11,541 nt of DNA from a virus (Duplodnaviria > Heunggongvirae > Uroviricota > Caudoviricetes). This document shows, in pieces, positions 1 through 11,267 of this stretch; positions within the stretch are counted from its first letter, which is position 1, and every line of letters begins with the position of its first letter. Both the position numbers and the translations under genes were made by a program. The stretch lies in the IMG/VR virus record IMGVR_UViG_648276671_000001, positions 1-11,541 of that record; one strand, written 5' to 3'. Below the pieces are notes generated by a model. The model saw nothing but the letters and a program-made list of their open reading frames with translations, did not search any database and had not been told where the DNA came from.

Positions 1-26
1 CTACAAAGGAAAGCTACCGGGAAGAA

Positions 27-299
27 TTACTGGTTCCCTGAAGACTCCGCCGAAATGGTAGTTTTGCCAGCATAATTTTCTTCCAGCAATGCCGCCAGCC
101 ACTTGAAAGAATTTTGTTGTTCCTGGGACCATTTGGGGTTGCGTGATTCAAAATGAATGGATGCCAGCGTTGGCAGCATTTGCTCCCTGGGAATTGATAA
201 GGCCAGATGTGAAAATGCGACCGTGAGGGCATTAACATCATCCCGAAGCCTGGAGATGCAGCCGAGCAACTCCTGTAGAGAAATGGTGCTATTGTCCAT
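27..299 (-). CDS. hypothetical small protein (90 aa), transcribed opposite to the lysis genes
   Basis: Complete ATG-to-TAA ORF on the minus strand. Reverse-complementing 300-317 gives AAGAGGA followed by a 6-nt spacer and the ATG, a strong Shine-Dalgarno arrangement. No family recognised by eye. Confidence 0.5.
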   Translation of the reverse strand: MDNSTISLQELLGCISRLRDDVNALTVAFSHLALSIPREQMLPTLASIHFESRNPKWSQEQQNSFKWLAALLEENYAGKTTISAESSGNQ

Positions 300-403
300 A
301 AATAATCCTCTTGATTGTATTTAACTATTACTTGCCTAATTCAACAGGCAGGGACAGATAAACATATCCAGAGTACAGAACCTGTAAATCCTGATAAATA
401 TCC

Positions 404-934
404 ATGAACGTAAAAGTCAGATACGGCCTGTCGGCAGCTGTACTGGTGCTGATTGGTGCAGGTGCGTCTGCTCCTCAGATACTTGATCAGTTTCTGGACG
501 AAAAAGAAGGTAACCACATAACGGCATATCGTGATGGTTCTGGGATATGGACCATCTGTCGTGGTGCCACGATGGTGGATGGTAAACCTGTTATTCCGGG
601 CATGAAACTGACGAAGGAAAAATGCGCTCAGGTTAATGCCATTGAACGCGATAAGGCGCTGGCATGGGTGGAGCGCAATATTAAAGTGCCGCTGACCGAA
701 CCTCAGAAAGCGGGTATCGCGTCATTTTGTCCCTATAACATTGGCCCCGATAAGTGTTTTCCGTCGACGTTTTATAAACGGCTGAATGCAGGTGATCGTA
801 AGGGTGCCTGCGAGGCGATTCGCTGGTGGATTAAGGACAGGGGACGCGATTGCCGCATTCGTTCAAATAACTGTTATGGTCAGGTTATTCGTCGTGACCA
901 GGAAAGCGCATTAGCCTGTTGGGGGATAGAGTAG
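404..934 (+). CDS. R: phage endolysin, T4-lysozyme-like (GH24) muramidase with N-terminal SAR (signal-anchor-release) domain
   Basis: 176-aa ORF. The N-terminus ([18 protein letters not shown]) is a Gly/Ala-rich weakly hydrophobic segment typical of SAR endolysins. The catalytic E-x8-D-x5-T spacing is present in [16 protein letters not shown]. Sits immediately upstream of Rz/Rz1. Confidence 0.9.
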   Translation: MNVKVRYGLSAAVLVLIGAGASAPQILDQFLDEKEGNHITAYRDGSGIWTICRGATMVDGKPVIPGMKLTKEKCAQVNAIERDKALAWVERNIKVPLTEPQKAGIASFCPYNIGPDKCFPSTFYKRLNAGDRKGACEAIRWWIKDRGRDCRIRSNNCYGQVIRRDQESALACWGIE

Positions 935-1371
935 TGAGCAGAGTTGTCGCGATTATTTATGCTCTGGTTATCTGCATCATCGTCTGCCTGTCATGGGCTG
1001 TTAATCATTACCGTGATAATGCCATCACTTACAAAAAGCAGCGTGATAAGGCCACATCCACAATCGCTGACATGCAGAAGCGTCAACGTGATGTAGCAGA
1101 ACTCGATGCCAGATATACAAAGGAGCTTGCTGATGCTAACGCGACTATTGAAAGTCTCCGTGCTGATGTTTCTGCTGGGCGTAAGCGCCTGCAAGTCGCC
1201 GCCACCTGTGCAAAGTCAACGACCGGAGCCAGCGGCATGGGCGATGGAGAAAGCCCAGGACTTACAGCAGATGCTGAACTCAATTATTACCGTCTCCGAA
1301 GTGGAATCGACAGGATAACCGCGCAGGTTAACTATCTGCAGGAGTACATCAGGACGCAGTGCTTAAAATAA
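934..1371 (+). CDS. Rz: i-spanin Rz (inner-membrane spanin subunit)
   Basis: GTG at 934 overlaps the R stop (taGTG). Product begins [34 protein letters not shown], an N-terminal TM segment followed by a coiled-coil-like periplasmic domain, closely matching lambda Rz as I recall it. The ORF track extends it to a TTG at 919, which I consider less likely. Confidence 0.85.
   Translation: MSRVVAIIYALVICIIVCLSWAVNHYRDNAITYKKQRDKATSTIADMQKRQRDVAELDARYTKELADANATIESLRADVSAGRKRLQVAATCAKSTTGASGMGDGESPGLTADAELNYYRLRSGIDRITAQVNYLQEYIRTQCLK
1133..1318 (+). CDS. Rz1: o-spanin Rz1 (outer-membrane lipoprotein), embedded in the +1 frame of Rz
   Basis: ATG at 1133 is preceded by AGGAG (1121-1125). Product [20 protein letters not shown] has a lipobox (VSAC) followed by a proline-rich mature peptide ([13 protein letters not shown]), and lies entirely inside Rz in another frame, which is the classic Rz/Rz1 arrangement. 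Confidence 0.8.
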   Translation: MLTRLLKVSVLMFLLGVSACKSPPPVQSQRPEPAAWAMEKAQDLQQMLNSIITVSEVESTG

Positions 1372-1408
1372 TTTTAATTTCACTGAAATTTAACAAGTGA
1401 CTTTCAGG

Positions 1409-1437
1409 AAAATGCCTCGCAGATGCGGGGCATTTTT
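1409..1437 (+). terminator. rho-independent terminator-like hairpin downstream of Rz/Rz1
   Basis: Stem AAAATGCCTCGC (1409-1420), loop AGAT, stem GCGGGGCATTTT (1425-1436), then a T-run. The A-run on the 5' side and T-run on the 3' side make it potentially bidirectional. Confidence 0.5.
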
Positions 1438-1589
1438 GTACCGGTATTTCACCGCGCACCGCAGCGCACAATAAACACCGAACCTGACCCTTTGGAATGG
1501 GCCTTTGAGGATACCAGTTAGTGCTGGCGAGCCTCGGTGGGCTGGTTTCCTGTGCGGCAAAGGTTCATTTCAAAGAGTAGGCATACGAC

Positions 1590-2138
1590 ATGAGTGAATT
1601 AATTGAGACTTCTGATTTTGACTTTCGCCAGTTAGTTACCGCAGCAGAGGGTGAGCCGGTAACTGACACCTTCCAAATCGCAAAGGCTTTTGGTAAGCGT
1701 CACGCGGACGTATTGAGGGCGCTGAAAAATTGTCATTGCTCAGAAGATTTCCGGAGAGCGCATTTTTGCGTTGCCGAAAAAATCAATGGCTTAGGGATTT
1801 TCGACAAGAAGCAGACTTACTACCGCATGGACTTTAGCGGCTTCGTTATGCTGGTTATGGGATTTAATGGCGCAAAAGCCGACGCCGTTAAAGAGGCCTA
1901 TATAAATGCCTTTAACTGGATGTCAGCAGAACTCCGTAAGTACAGCGAAAGTTATGAAGCAGAACGCAACGCCATAATGCTGGAGTATATGAAAGAGAAG
2001 GATGTCGCCAGTATGTCTGGCCGCCTGCTCAATCGCTGGGGGAGAACGAAAAAACCTCAATTGCTTGCAAAGCTGAAACGCCTGGAGAGACAGGGACAGT
2101 TTTTATTACCGGGATTCGATAAGGGTATTCAAGCCTGA
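1590..2138 (+). CDS. Rha-family phage regulatory protein (candidate)
   Basis: 182-aa ORF. The N-terminal region (TDTFQIAKAFGKRHADVLRALKN) matches the conserved FGKRH-x-VLR motif of the Rha family (Pfam Phage_pRha) as I recall it. Occupies the locus where lambda carries bor. Confidence 0.65.
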   Translation: MSELIETSDFDFRQLVTAAEGEPVTDTFQIAKAFGKRHADVLRALKNCHCSEDFRRAHFCVAEKINGLGIFDKKQTYYRMDFSGFVMLVMGFNGAKADAVKEAYINAFNWMSAELRKYSESYEAERNAIMLEYMKEKDVASMSGRLLNRWGRTKKPQLLAKLKRLERQGQFLLPGFDKGIQA

Positions 2139-2325
2139 CACATCATGCGCTGTATCGTCGCTGTATTCCCGCATTAACCATGACCGTAGCCCGACAGGGA
2201 ATTCCTTCTGCGTGAGTGTGCGGGAATAATCAAAAACGATGCACACCGGGTTTTACTGTGCTGACAGACGCAGGGTTACCCTCATAGTCGCTTTTCCGGT
2301 GCGATGGTGGAAGAAACCGGGATGT

Positions 2326-2520
2326 TTATTCATCATCACTTTGGATTGATGTATATGCTCTCTTTTCTGACGTTAGTCTCCGACGGCAGGCTTCAATGAC
2401 CCAGGCTGAGAAATTCCCAGACCCTTTTTGCTCAAGAGCGATGTTAATTTGTTCAATCATTTGGTTAGGAAAGCGGATGTTGCGGGTTGTTGTTCTGCGG
2501 GTTCTGTTCTTAGTTGACAT
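2326..2520 (-). CDS. small basic protein (64 aa), YlcI/YnfO-like (DUF3950) candidate
   Basis: Minus-strand ORF MSTKNRTRRTTTRNIRFPNQMIEQINIALEQKGSGNFSAWVIEACRRRL, with a basic N-terminus and a short ribbon-helix-helix-like core. A homologous small ORF lies in the same place near the lambda right end and next to nohD-type terminase genes in E. coli prophages; both statements are from memory. Confidence 0.65.
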   Translation of the reverse strand: MSTKNRTRRTTTRNIRFPNQMIEQINIALEQKGSGNFSAWVIEACRRRLTSEKRAYTSIQSDDE

Positions 2521-2687
2521 GAGGTTGCCCCGTATTCAGTGTCGCTGATTTGTATTGTCTGAAGTTGTTTTTACGTTAAGTTGATGCAGATCAATTAATA
2601 CGATACCTGCGTCATAATTGATTATTTGACGTGGTTTGATGACGTAGATGCACGTTGTGACATGTAGATGATAATTATTATCATTTT

Positions 2688-2886
2688 GCGGGTCCTTTCC
2701 GGCGATCCGACAGGTTACGGGGCGGCGACCTCGCGGGTTTTCGCTATTTATGAAAATTTTCCGGGGAAAATCATGTCGGTACTTCTCGAACATAACTATT
2801 TGTTTTTTCTAATATCGAATCCGTAAAGGTCCGACATGAAAACGCCTAAAAAAGTCATTTTCGGGCACTTTCATGTCGGCCCCTGT
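2688..2886. promoter_or_regulatory. cos: cos site: lambda-type right end/cosQ region (2688-2719), cosN with the 12-nt cohesive end GGGCGGCGACCT (2720-2731), and a non-lambda cosB (about 2763-2886)
   Basis: 2688-2760 matches the lambda right-end/left-end junction as I recall it (GGGTCCTTTCCGG.GATCCGACAGGTTACG | GGGCGGCGACCTCGCGGGTTTTCGCTATTTATGAAAATTTTCCGG). Downstream of that the sequence diverges from lambda and carries three copies of TCATGTCGG. Confidence 0.85.
2771..2879. repeat. three 9-bp TCATGTCGG repeats in cosB, candidate terminase small-subunit binding sites (R3-, R2-, R1-like)
   Basis: TCATGTCGG at 2771-2779 (+), its reverse complement CCGACATGA at 2831-2839, and TCATGTCGG at 2871-2879 (+). 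These lie about +51, +111 and +151 from the cosN cohesive end, with the middle copy inverted and an AT-rich spacer (2780-2830) between the first two, the same architecture as lambda R3-I1-R2-R1. Confidence 0.6.
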
Positions 2887-2906
2887 ATTTATTGTGAGAC
2901 TGTTTC

Positions 2907-3426
2907 ATGAAGGTTAATAAAAAGAAACTTGCCGAAATTTTCAACGTGGATCCGCGAACGATTGAACGCTGGCAGTCTCAGGGACTCCCTTGCGTCTCCG
3001 GAGGTGGTAAGGGCGTTGAATCTGTATTTGATACCGCCATGGCAATTCAGTGGTATGCGCAGAGGGAAGCTGATATCGAAAATGAAAAACTCCGTAAAGA
3101 GGTTGAGGATTACAGGGCTGCCAGCGAGGCAGATCTCCAGCCTGGGACTATTGAGTACGAACGCCATCGACTTACGCGTGCGCAGGCTGACGCCCAGGAG
3201 CTGAAGAATGCCAGAGACTCCGCAGAAGTGGTGGAAACCGCATTCTGTACTTTCGTGCTGTCACGGATCGCAGGTGAAATTGCCAGTATTCTTGACGGGA
3301 TCCCTCTCTCGGTACAGCGGCGTTTTCCGGAACTGGAAAACCGACATGTTGATTTCCTGAAACGGGATATCATCAAAGCCATGAACAAAGCAGCCGCGCT
3401 GGATGAACTGATACCGGGGTTGCTGA

Positions 3427-3452
<26 letters not shown>
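2907..3452 (+). CDS. Nu1: terminase small subunit (Nu1-like); the N-terminal DNA-binding domain resembles the NohA/phage-21 type, the C-terminal part is lambda-like
   Basis: 181 aa. From about residue 75 ([57 protein letters not shown]...) it matches lambda gpNu1 as I recall it. The N-terminus ([29 protein letters not shown]) instead resembles the NohA/NohD-type prophage proteins. Confidence 0.9.
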
Positions 3453-7132
<3,680 letters not shown>

Positions 7133-7152
<20 letters not shown>

Positions 7153-8452
7153 TCTCCCGCATATTGCCAGCATGGCTTTTAATGAGCCGCTGATGCTTGA
7201 ACCCGCCTATGCGCGGGTTTTCTTTTGTGCGCTTGCAGGCCAGCTTGGGATCAGCCGCCTGACGGATGCAGTATCCGGCGACAGCCTGACTGCCGGAGAG
7301 GCACCCGCGGCGCTGGCGTTATCCGGTGATGATGACGGACCACGACAGGCCCGCAGTTATCAGGTCATGAACGGCATCGCCGTGCTGCCGGTGTCCGGTA
7401 CGCTGGTCAGCCGGACGCGGGCGCTGCAGCCGTATTCGGGAATGACCGGTTACAACGGCATTATCGCCCGTCTGCAACAGGCTGCCAGCGATCCGATGGT
7501 GGACGGCATTCTGCTGGATATGGACACACCGGGCGGGATGGTGGCGGGAGCATTTGACTGTGCTGACATCATCGCCCGTGTGCGAGACATAAAACCGGTA
7601 TGGGCGCTGGCCAACGACATGAACTGCAGTGCAGGTCAGCTGCTTGCCAGCGCCGCCTCCCGGCGTCTGGTCACGCAGACCGCCCGGACAGGCTCCATCG
7701 GCGTCATGATGGCTCACAGTAATTACGGTGCTGCGCTGGAGAAACAGGGCGTGGAAATCACGCTGATTTACAGCGGCAGCCATAAGGTGGATGGCAACCC
7801 CTACAGCCATCTACCGGATGATGTCCGGGAAACACTGCAGTCCCGGATGGATGCAACCCGCCGGATGTTTGCACAGAAGGTGTCGGCATATACCGGCCTG
7901 TCCGTGCAGGCTGTGCTGGATACCGAGGCTGCAGTGTACAGCGGTCAGGAGGCCATTGATGCCGGACTGGCTGATGAACTTGTGAACAGTACCGATGCGA
8001 TCACCGTCATGCGTGATGCACTGGATGCACGTAAATCCCGTCTCTCAGGAGGGCGAATGACCAAAGAGACTCAATCAACAACTGTTTCAGCCACTGCTTC
8101 GCAGGCTGACGTTACTGGCGTGGTGCAAGCGACGGAGGGCGAGAACGCCAGCGCTGCGCAGCCGGACGTGAACGCGCAGATCACCGCAGCGGTTGCGGCA
8201 GAAAACAGTCGCATTATGGGGATCCTCAACTGTGAGGAGGCTCACGGACGCGAAGAACAGGCATGCGTGCTGGCCGAAACCCCCGGTATGACCGTGGAAA
8301 CGGCCCGCCGTATTCTGGCCGCAGCACCACAGAGTGCACAGGCGCGCAGTGACACTGCGCTGGATCGTCTGATGCAGGGGGCACCGGCACCGCTGGCTGC
8401 AGGTAACCCGGCATCTGATGCCGTTAACGATTTGCTGAACACACCAGTGTAA
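7133..8452 (+). CDS. C: head maturation protease / minor capsid protein gpC (S49/ClpP-like)
   Basis: GTG at 7133 preceded by GAGGAGGAG. Product starts VTAELRNLPHIASMAFNEPLMLEPAYARVFF, 439 codons, matching lambda gpC. Overlaps the 3' end of B by 20 nt, as in lambda. The upstream extension to 6998 in the ORF track is not the real start. Confidence 0.9.
7847..8452 (+). CDS. Nu3: scaffolding protein Nu3, nested in-frame within the 3' part of C
   Basis: Internal in-frame ATG at 7847 (MDATRRMFAQKVSAYTGLSVQ...), 201 aa, sharing the stop of C. This is the lambda C/Nu3 nested arrangement. Confidence 0.7.
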   Translation: MDATRRMFAQKVSAYTGLSVQAVLDTEAAVYSGQEAIDAGLADELVNSTDAITVMRDALDARKSRLSGGRMTKETQSTTVSATASQADVTGVVQATEGENASAAQPDVNAQITAAVAAENSRIMGILNCEEAHGREEQACVLAETPGMTVETARRILAAAPQSAQARSDTALDRLMQGAPAPLAAGNPASDAVNDLLNTPV

Positions 8453-8461
8453 GGGATGTTT

Positions 8462-8794
8462 ATGACGAGCAAAGAAACCTTTACCCATTACCAGCCGCTG
8501 GGCAACAGTGACCCGGCTCATACCGCAACCGCGCCCGGCGGATTGAGTGCGAAAGCGCCTGCAATGACCCCGCTGATGCTGGACACCTCCACCCGTAAGC
8601 TGGTTGCGTGGGATGGCACCACCGACGGTGCTGCCGTTGGCATTCTTGCAGTTGCTGCTGACCAGACCAGCACCACACTGACGTTCTACAAGTCCGGCAC
8701 GTTCCGTTATGAGGATGTGCTCTGGCCGGAGGCTGCCAGCGACGAGACGAAAAAACGGACCGCGTTTGCCGGAACGGCAATCAGCATCGTTTAA
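8462..8794 (+). CDS. D: head decoration protein gpD
   Basis: 110 aa from the ATG at 8462 ([27 protein letters not shown]...), matching lambda gpD. The ORF track begins two codons earlier at 8456. Confidence 0.9.
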   Translation: MTSKETFTHYQPLGNSDPAHTATAPGGLSAKAPAMTPLMLDTSTRKLVAWDGTTDGAAVGILAVAADQTSTTLTFYKSGTFRYEDVLWPEAASDETKKRTAFAGTAISIV

Positions 8795-8811
8795 CTTTAC
8801 CCTTCATCACT

Positions 8812-8836
8812 AAAGGCCGCCTGTGCGGCTTTTTTT
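8812..8836 (+). terminator. GC-rich hairpin followed by a T7 run in the D-E intergenic region (terminator/attenuator-like)
   Basis: GCCGC (8816-8820), loop CTGT, GCGGC (8825-8829), then TTTTTTT (8830-8836). The same element is present between D and E in lambda, from memory. Confidence 0.5.
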
Positions 8837-8849
8837 ACGGGATTTTTTT

Positions 8850-9875
8850 ATGTCGATGTACACAACCGCCCAGCTGCTGGCGGCAAATGAGCAGAAATTT
8901 AAGTTTGATCCGCTGTTTCTGCGTCTCTTTTTCCGTGAGAGCTATCCCTTCACTACGGAGAAAGTCTATCTCTCACAAATTCCGGGACTGGTAAACATGG
9001 CGCTGTACGTTTCGCCGATTGTTTCCGGTGAGGTTATCCGTTCCCGTGGCGGCTCCACCTCTGAATTTACGCCGGGATATGTCAAACCCAAGCATGAGGT
9101 GAATCCGCAGATGACCCTGCGTCGCCTGCCGGATGAAGATCCGCAGAATCTGGCGGACCCGGCTTACCGCCGCCGTCGCATCATCATGCAGAACATGCGT
9201 GACGAAGAGCTGGCCATTGCTCAGGTCGAAGAGATGCAGGCAGTTTCTGCCGTGCTCAAGGGCAAATACACCATGACCGGTGAAGCCTTCGAACCGGTTG
9301 AGGTGGATATGGGCCGCAGTGCGGCGAACAACATCACGCAGTCCGGCGGCACGGAGTGGAGCAAGCGTGACAAGTCCACGTATGACCCGACCGACGATAT
9401 CGAAGCCTACGCGCTGAACGCCAGCGGCGTGGTGAATATCATCGTGTTTGACCCGAAAGGCTGGGCGCTGTTCCGTTCCTTCAAAGCCGTCAGGGAGAAG
9501 CTGGATACCCGTCGCGGCTCTCATTCCGAACTGGAGACAGCGGTAAAAGACCTGGGCAAAGCGGTGTCTTATAAGGGAATGTATGGCGATGTGGCCATCG
9601 TCGTGTATTCCGGACAGTACGTGGAAAACGGCGTCAAAAAGAACTTCCTGCCGGACAACACGATGGTGCTGGGTAACACTCATGCACGCGGTCTGCGCAC
9701 CTATGGCTGTATTCAGGATGCGGATGCATTGAGTGAGGGTATTAATGCGTCTCCCCGTTATCCGAAAAACTGGAAGACATCCGGCGATCCGGCGCGAGAG
9801 TTCACCATGATTCAGTCAGCACCGCTGATGCTGCTGGCTGATCCTGATGAGTTCGTGTCCGTTCAACTGGCGTAA
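8850..9875 (+). CDS. E: major capsid protein gpE
   Basis: 341 aa from the ATG at 8850 (MSMYTTAQLLAANEQKFKFDPLFLRLFFRESYPFTTEKVYLSQIPGLVNMALYVSPIVSGEVIRSRGG...), matching lambda gpE. The ORF track starts upstream at 8823. Confidence 0.95.
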   Translation: MSMYTTAQLLAANEQKFKFDPLFLRLFFRESYPFTTEKVYLSQIPGLVNMALYVSPIVSGEVIRSRGGSTSEFTPGYVKPKHEVNPQMTLRRLPDEDPQNLADPAYRRRRIIMQNMRDEELAIAQVEEMQAVSAVLKGKYTMTGEAFEPVEVDMGRSAANNITQSGGTEWSKRDKSTYDPTDDIEAYALNASGVVNIIVFDPKGWALFRSFKAVREKLDTRRGSHSELETAVKDLGKAVSYKGMYGDVAIVVYSGQYVENGVKKNFLPDNTMVLGNTHARGLRTYGCIQDADALSEGINASPRYPKNWKTSGDPAREFTMIQSAPLMLLADPDEFVSVQLA

Positions 9876-9877
9876 TC

Positions 9878-9900
9878 ATGGCCCTTAGGGGCCATTTTCT
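9878..9900 (+). other. perfect 7-bp stem hairpin followed by a U-rich tract just after the E stop
   Basis: ATGGCCC-TTAG-GGGCCAT (9878-9895) followed by TTTCT. Candidate 3' stabiliser or attenuator at the boundary between the highly expressed capsid gene and downstream genes. Confidence 0.45.
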
Positions 9901-9916
9901 CTCTGTGGAGGAGTCC

Positions 9917-10312
9917 ATGACGAAAGATGAACTGATTGCCCGTCTCCGGTCGCTGGGTGAGCAACTGAACCGTGATGTCAGCCTGACGGGGACGAAAGAA
10001 GAACTGGCGCTCCGTGTGGCAGAGCTGGAAGAGGAGCTTGATGACACGGATGACGGAGCCGGTCAGGACTCGTCTGTCAGCCCGGAAAATGCGCTGACCG
10101 GACATGAAAATGAGGTGGTATCAGCACAGACGGATACCGTGACTGATACGGCTGCTCTGGTCACGGTTGTGGCACTGGTGACGCTGCATACCGATGCACT
10201 TCACGCCACGCGGGATGAACCTGTGGCATTTGTGCTGCCGGGAACGGCGTTTCGTGTCTCTGCCGGTGTGGCAGCCGAAATGACAGAGCGCGGCCTGGCC
10301 AGAATGCAATAA
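9917..10312 (+). CDS. FI: DNA packaging protein gpFI
   Basis: ATG at 9917 preceded by GGAGGAG. Product MTKDELIARLRSLGEQLNRDVSLTGTKEELALRVAELEEELDD...RGLARMQ matches lambda gpFI. Confidence 0.9.
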   Translation: MTKDELIARLRSLGEQLNRDVSLTGTKEELALRVAELEEELDDTDDGAGQDSSVSPENALTGHENEVVSAQTDTVTDTAALVTVVALVTLHTDALHATRDEPVAFVLPGTAFRVSAGVAAEMTERGLARMQ

Positions 10313-10323
10313 CGGGAGGCGCT

Positions 10324-10677
10324 GTGGCTGATTTCGATAACCTGTTCGATGCTGCCATTGTCCGCGCCGATGAAACGATACGCGGGTACATGGGAACGTC
10401 AGCCACCATGACATCCGGTGAGCAGTCCGGCGCAGTAATACGTGGTGTTTTTGATGACCCTGAAAATATCAGCTATGCCGGACAGGGCGTGCGCGTTGAA
10501 GGCTCCAGCCCGTCCCTGTTTGTCCGGACTGATGATGTGCGGCAGCTGCGGCGTGGAGACACGCTGACCATCGGTGAGGAAAACTTCTGGATAGACCGGG
10601 TTTCGCCGGATGATGGTGGAAGCTGTCATCTCTGGCTTGGGCGGGGCGTACCGCCTGCCGTTAACCGTCGCCGCTGA
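10324..10677 (+). CDS. FII: head-tail connector / head completion protein gpFII
   Basis: GTG start at 10324. 117 aa (MADFDNLFDAAIVRADETIRGYMGTSATMTSGEQSGAVIRGVFDDPENISYAGQGVRVEG...) matching lambda gpFII. Confidence 0.9.
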   Translation: MADFDNLFDAAIVRADETIRGYMGTSATMTSGEQSGAVIRGVFDDPENISYAGQGVRVEGSSPSLFVRTDDVRQLRRGDTLTIGEENFWIDRVSPDDGGSCHLWLGRGVPPAVNRRR

Positions 10678-10688
10678 AAGGGGGATGT

Positions 10689-11267
10689 ATGGCCATAAAA
10701 GGTCTTGAGCAGGCCATTGAAAACCTCAGCCGTATCAGCAAAACGGCGGTGCCTGGTGCCGCCGCAATGGCCATTAACCGCGTTGCTTCATCCGCGATAT
10801 CGCAGTCGGCGTCACAGGTTGCCCGTGAGACAAAGGTACGCCGGAAACTGGTAAAGGAAAGGGCCAGGCTGAAAAGGGCCACGGTCAAAAATCCGCAGGC
10901 CAGAATCAAAGTTAACCGGGGGGATTTGCCCGTAATCAAGCTGGGTAATGCGCGGGTTGTCCTTTCGCGCCGCAGGCGTCGTAAAAAGGGGCAGCGTTCA
11001 TCCCTGAAAGGTGGCGGCAGCGTGCTTGTGGTGGGTAACCGTCGTATTCCCGGCGCGTTTATTCAGCAACTGAAAAATGGCCGGTGGCATGTCATGCAGC
11101 GTGTGGCCGGGAAAAACCGTTACCCCATTGATGTGGTGAAAATCCCGATGGCGGTGCCGCTGACCACGGCGTTTAAACAAAATATTGAGCGGATACGGCG
11201 TGAACGTCTTCCGAAAGAGCTGGGCTATGCGCTGCAGCATCAACTGAGGATGGTAATAAAGCGATGA
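10689..11267 (+). CDS. Z: tail completion protein gpZ
   Basis: 192-aa ORF (MAIKGLEQAIENLSRISKTAVPGAAAMAINRVASSAISQSASQVARETKVRRKL...) matching lambda gpZ. Confidence 0.9.
   Translation: MAIKGLEQAIENLSRISKTAVPGAAAMAINRVASSAISQSASQVARETKVRRKLVKERARLKRATVKNPQARIKVNRGDLPVIKLGNARVVLSRRRRRKKGQRSSLKGGGSVLVVGNRRIPGAFIQQLKNGRWHVMQRVAGKNRYPIDVVKIPMAVPLTTAFKQNIERIRRERLPKELGYALQHQLRMVIKR

Noticed and set aside
14-241. 75-aa minus-strand ORF overlapping the 27-299 ORF in another frame
   Set aside because: Almost fully contained within the better-supported 27-299 ORF, with no clear ribosome-binding site. Most likely a frame artefact.
2536-2793. 85-aa minus-strand ORF spanning cosQ/cosN
   Set aside because: It runs straight across the cos cleavage site and the lambda-like right-end sequence, and its product is low-complexity with no RBS. 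Treated as non-coding packaging DNA.
2889-3388. Three ~91-aa alternative-frame ORFs inside Nu1 (2889-3167 minus, 2929-3204 plus, 3110-3388 minus)
   Set aside because: All overlap the Nu1 reading frame, which has clear homology. Typical overprinting artefacts.
7319-8521. Minus-strand ORFs of 163 aa (7319-7810) and 144 aa (8087-8521) antisense to C/Nu3
   Set aside because: Antisense to well-supported coding sequence in a GC-rich region. No independent support.
8973-9683. 236-aa minus-strand ORF antisense to major capsid gene E
   Set aside because: Entirely antisense to gpE, which matches lambda across its full length. Long antisense ORFs are expected by chance in GC-rich coding DNA.
9802-10105. 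Minus-strand ORFs of 81 and 80 aa with a poly-Ser run, overlapping the E/FI junction
   Set aside because: Antisense to E and FI. The Ser run is the reverse translation of the acidic GAA/GAG-rich stretch of FI.
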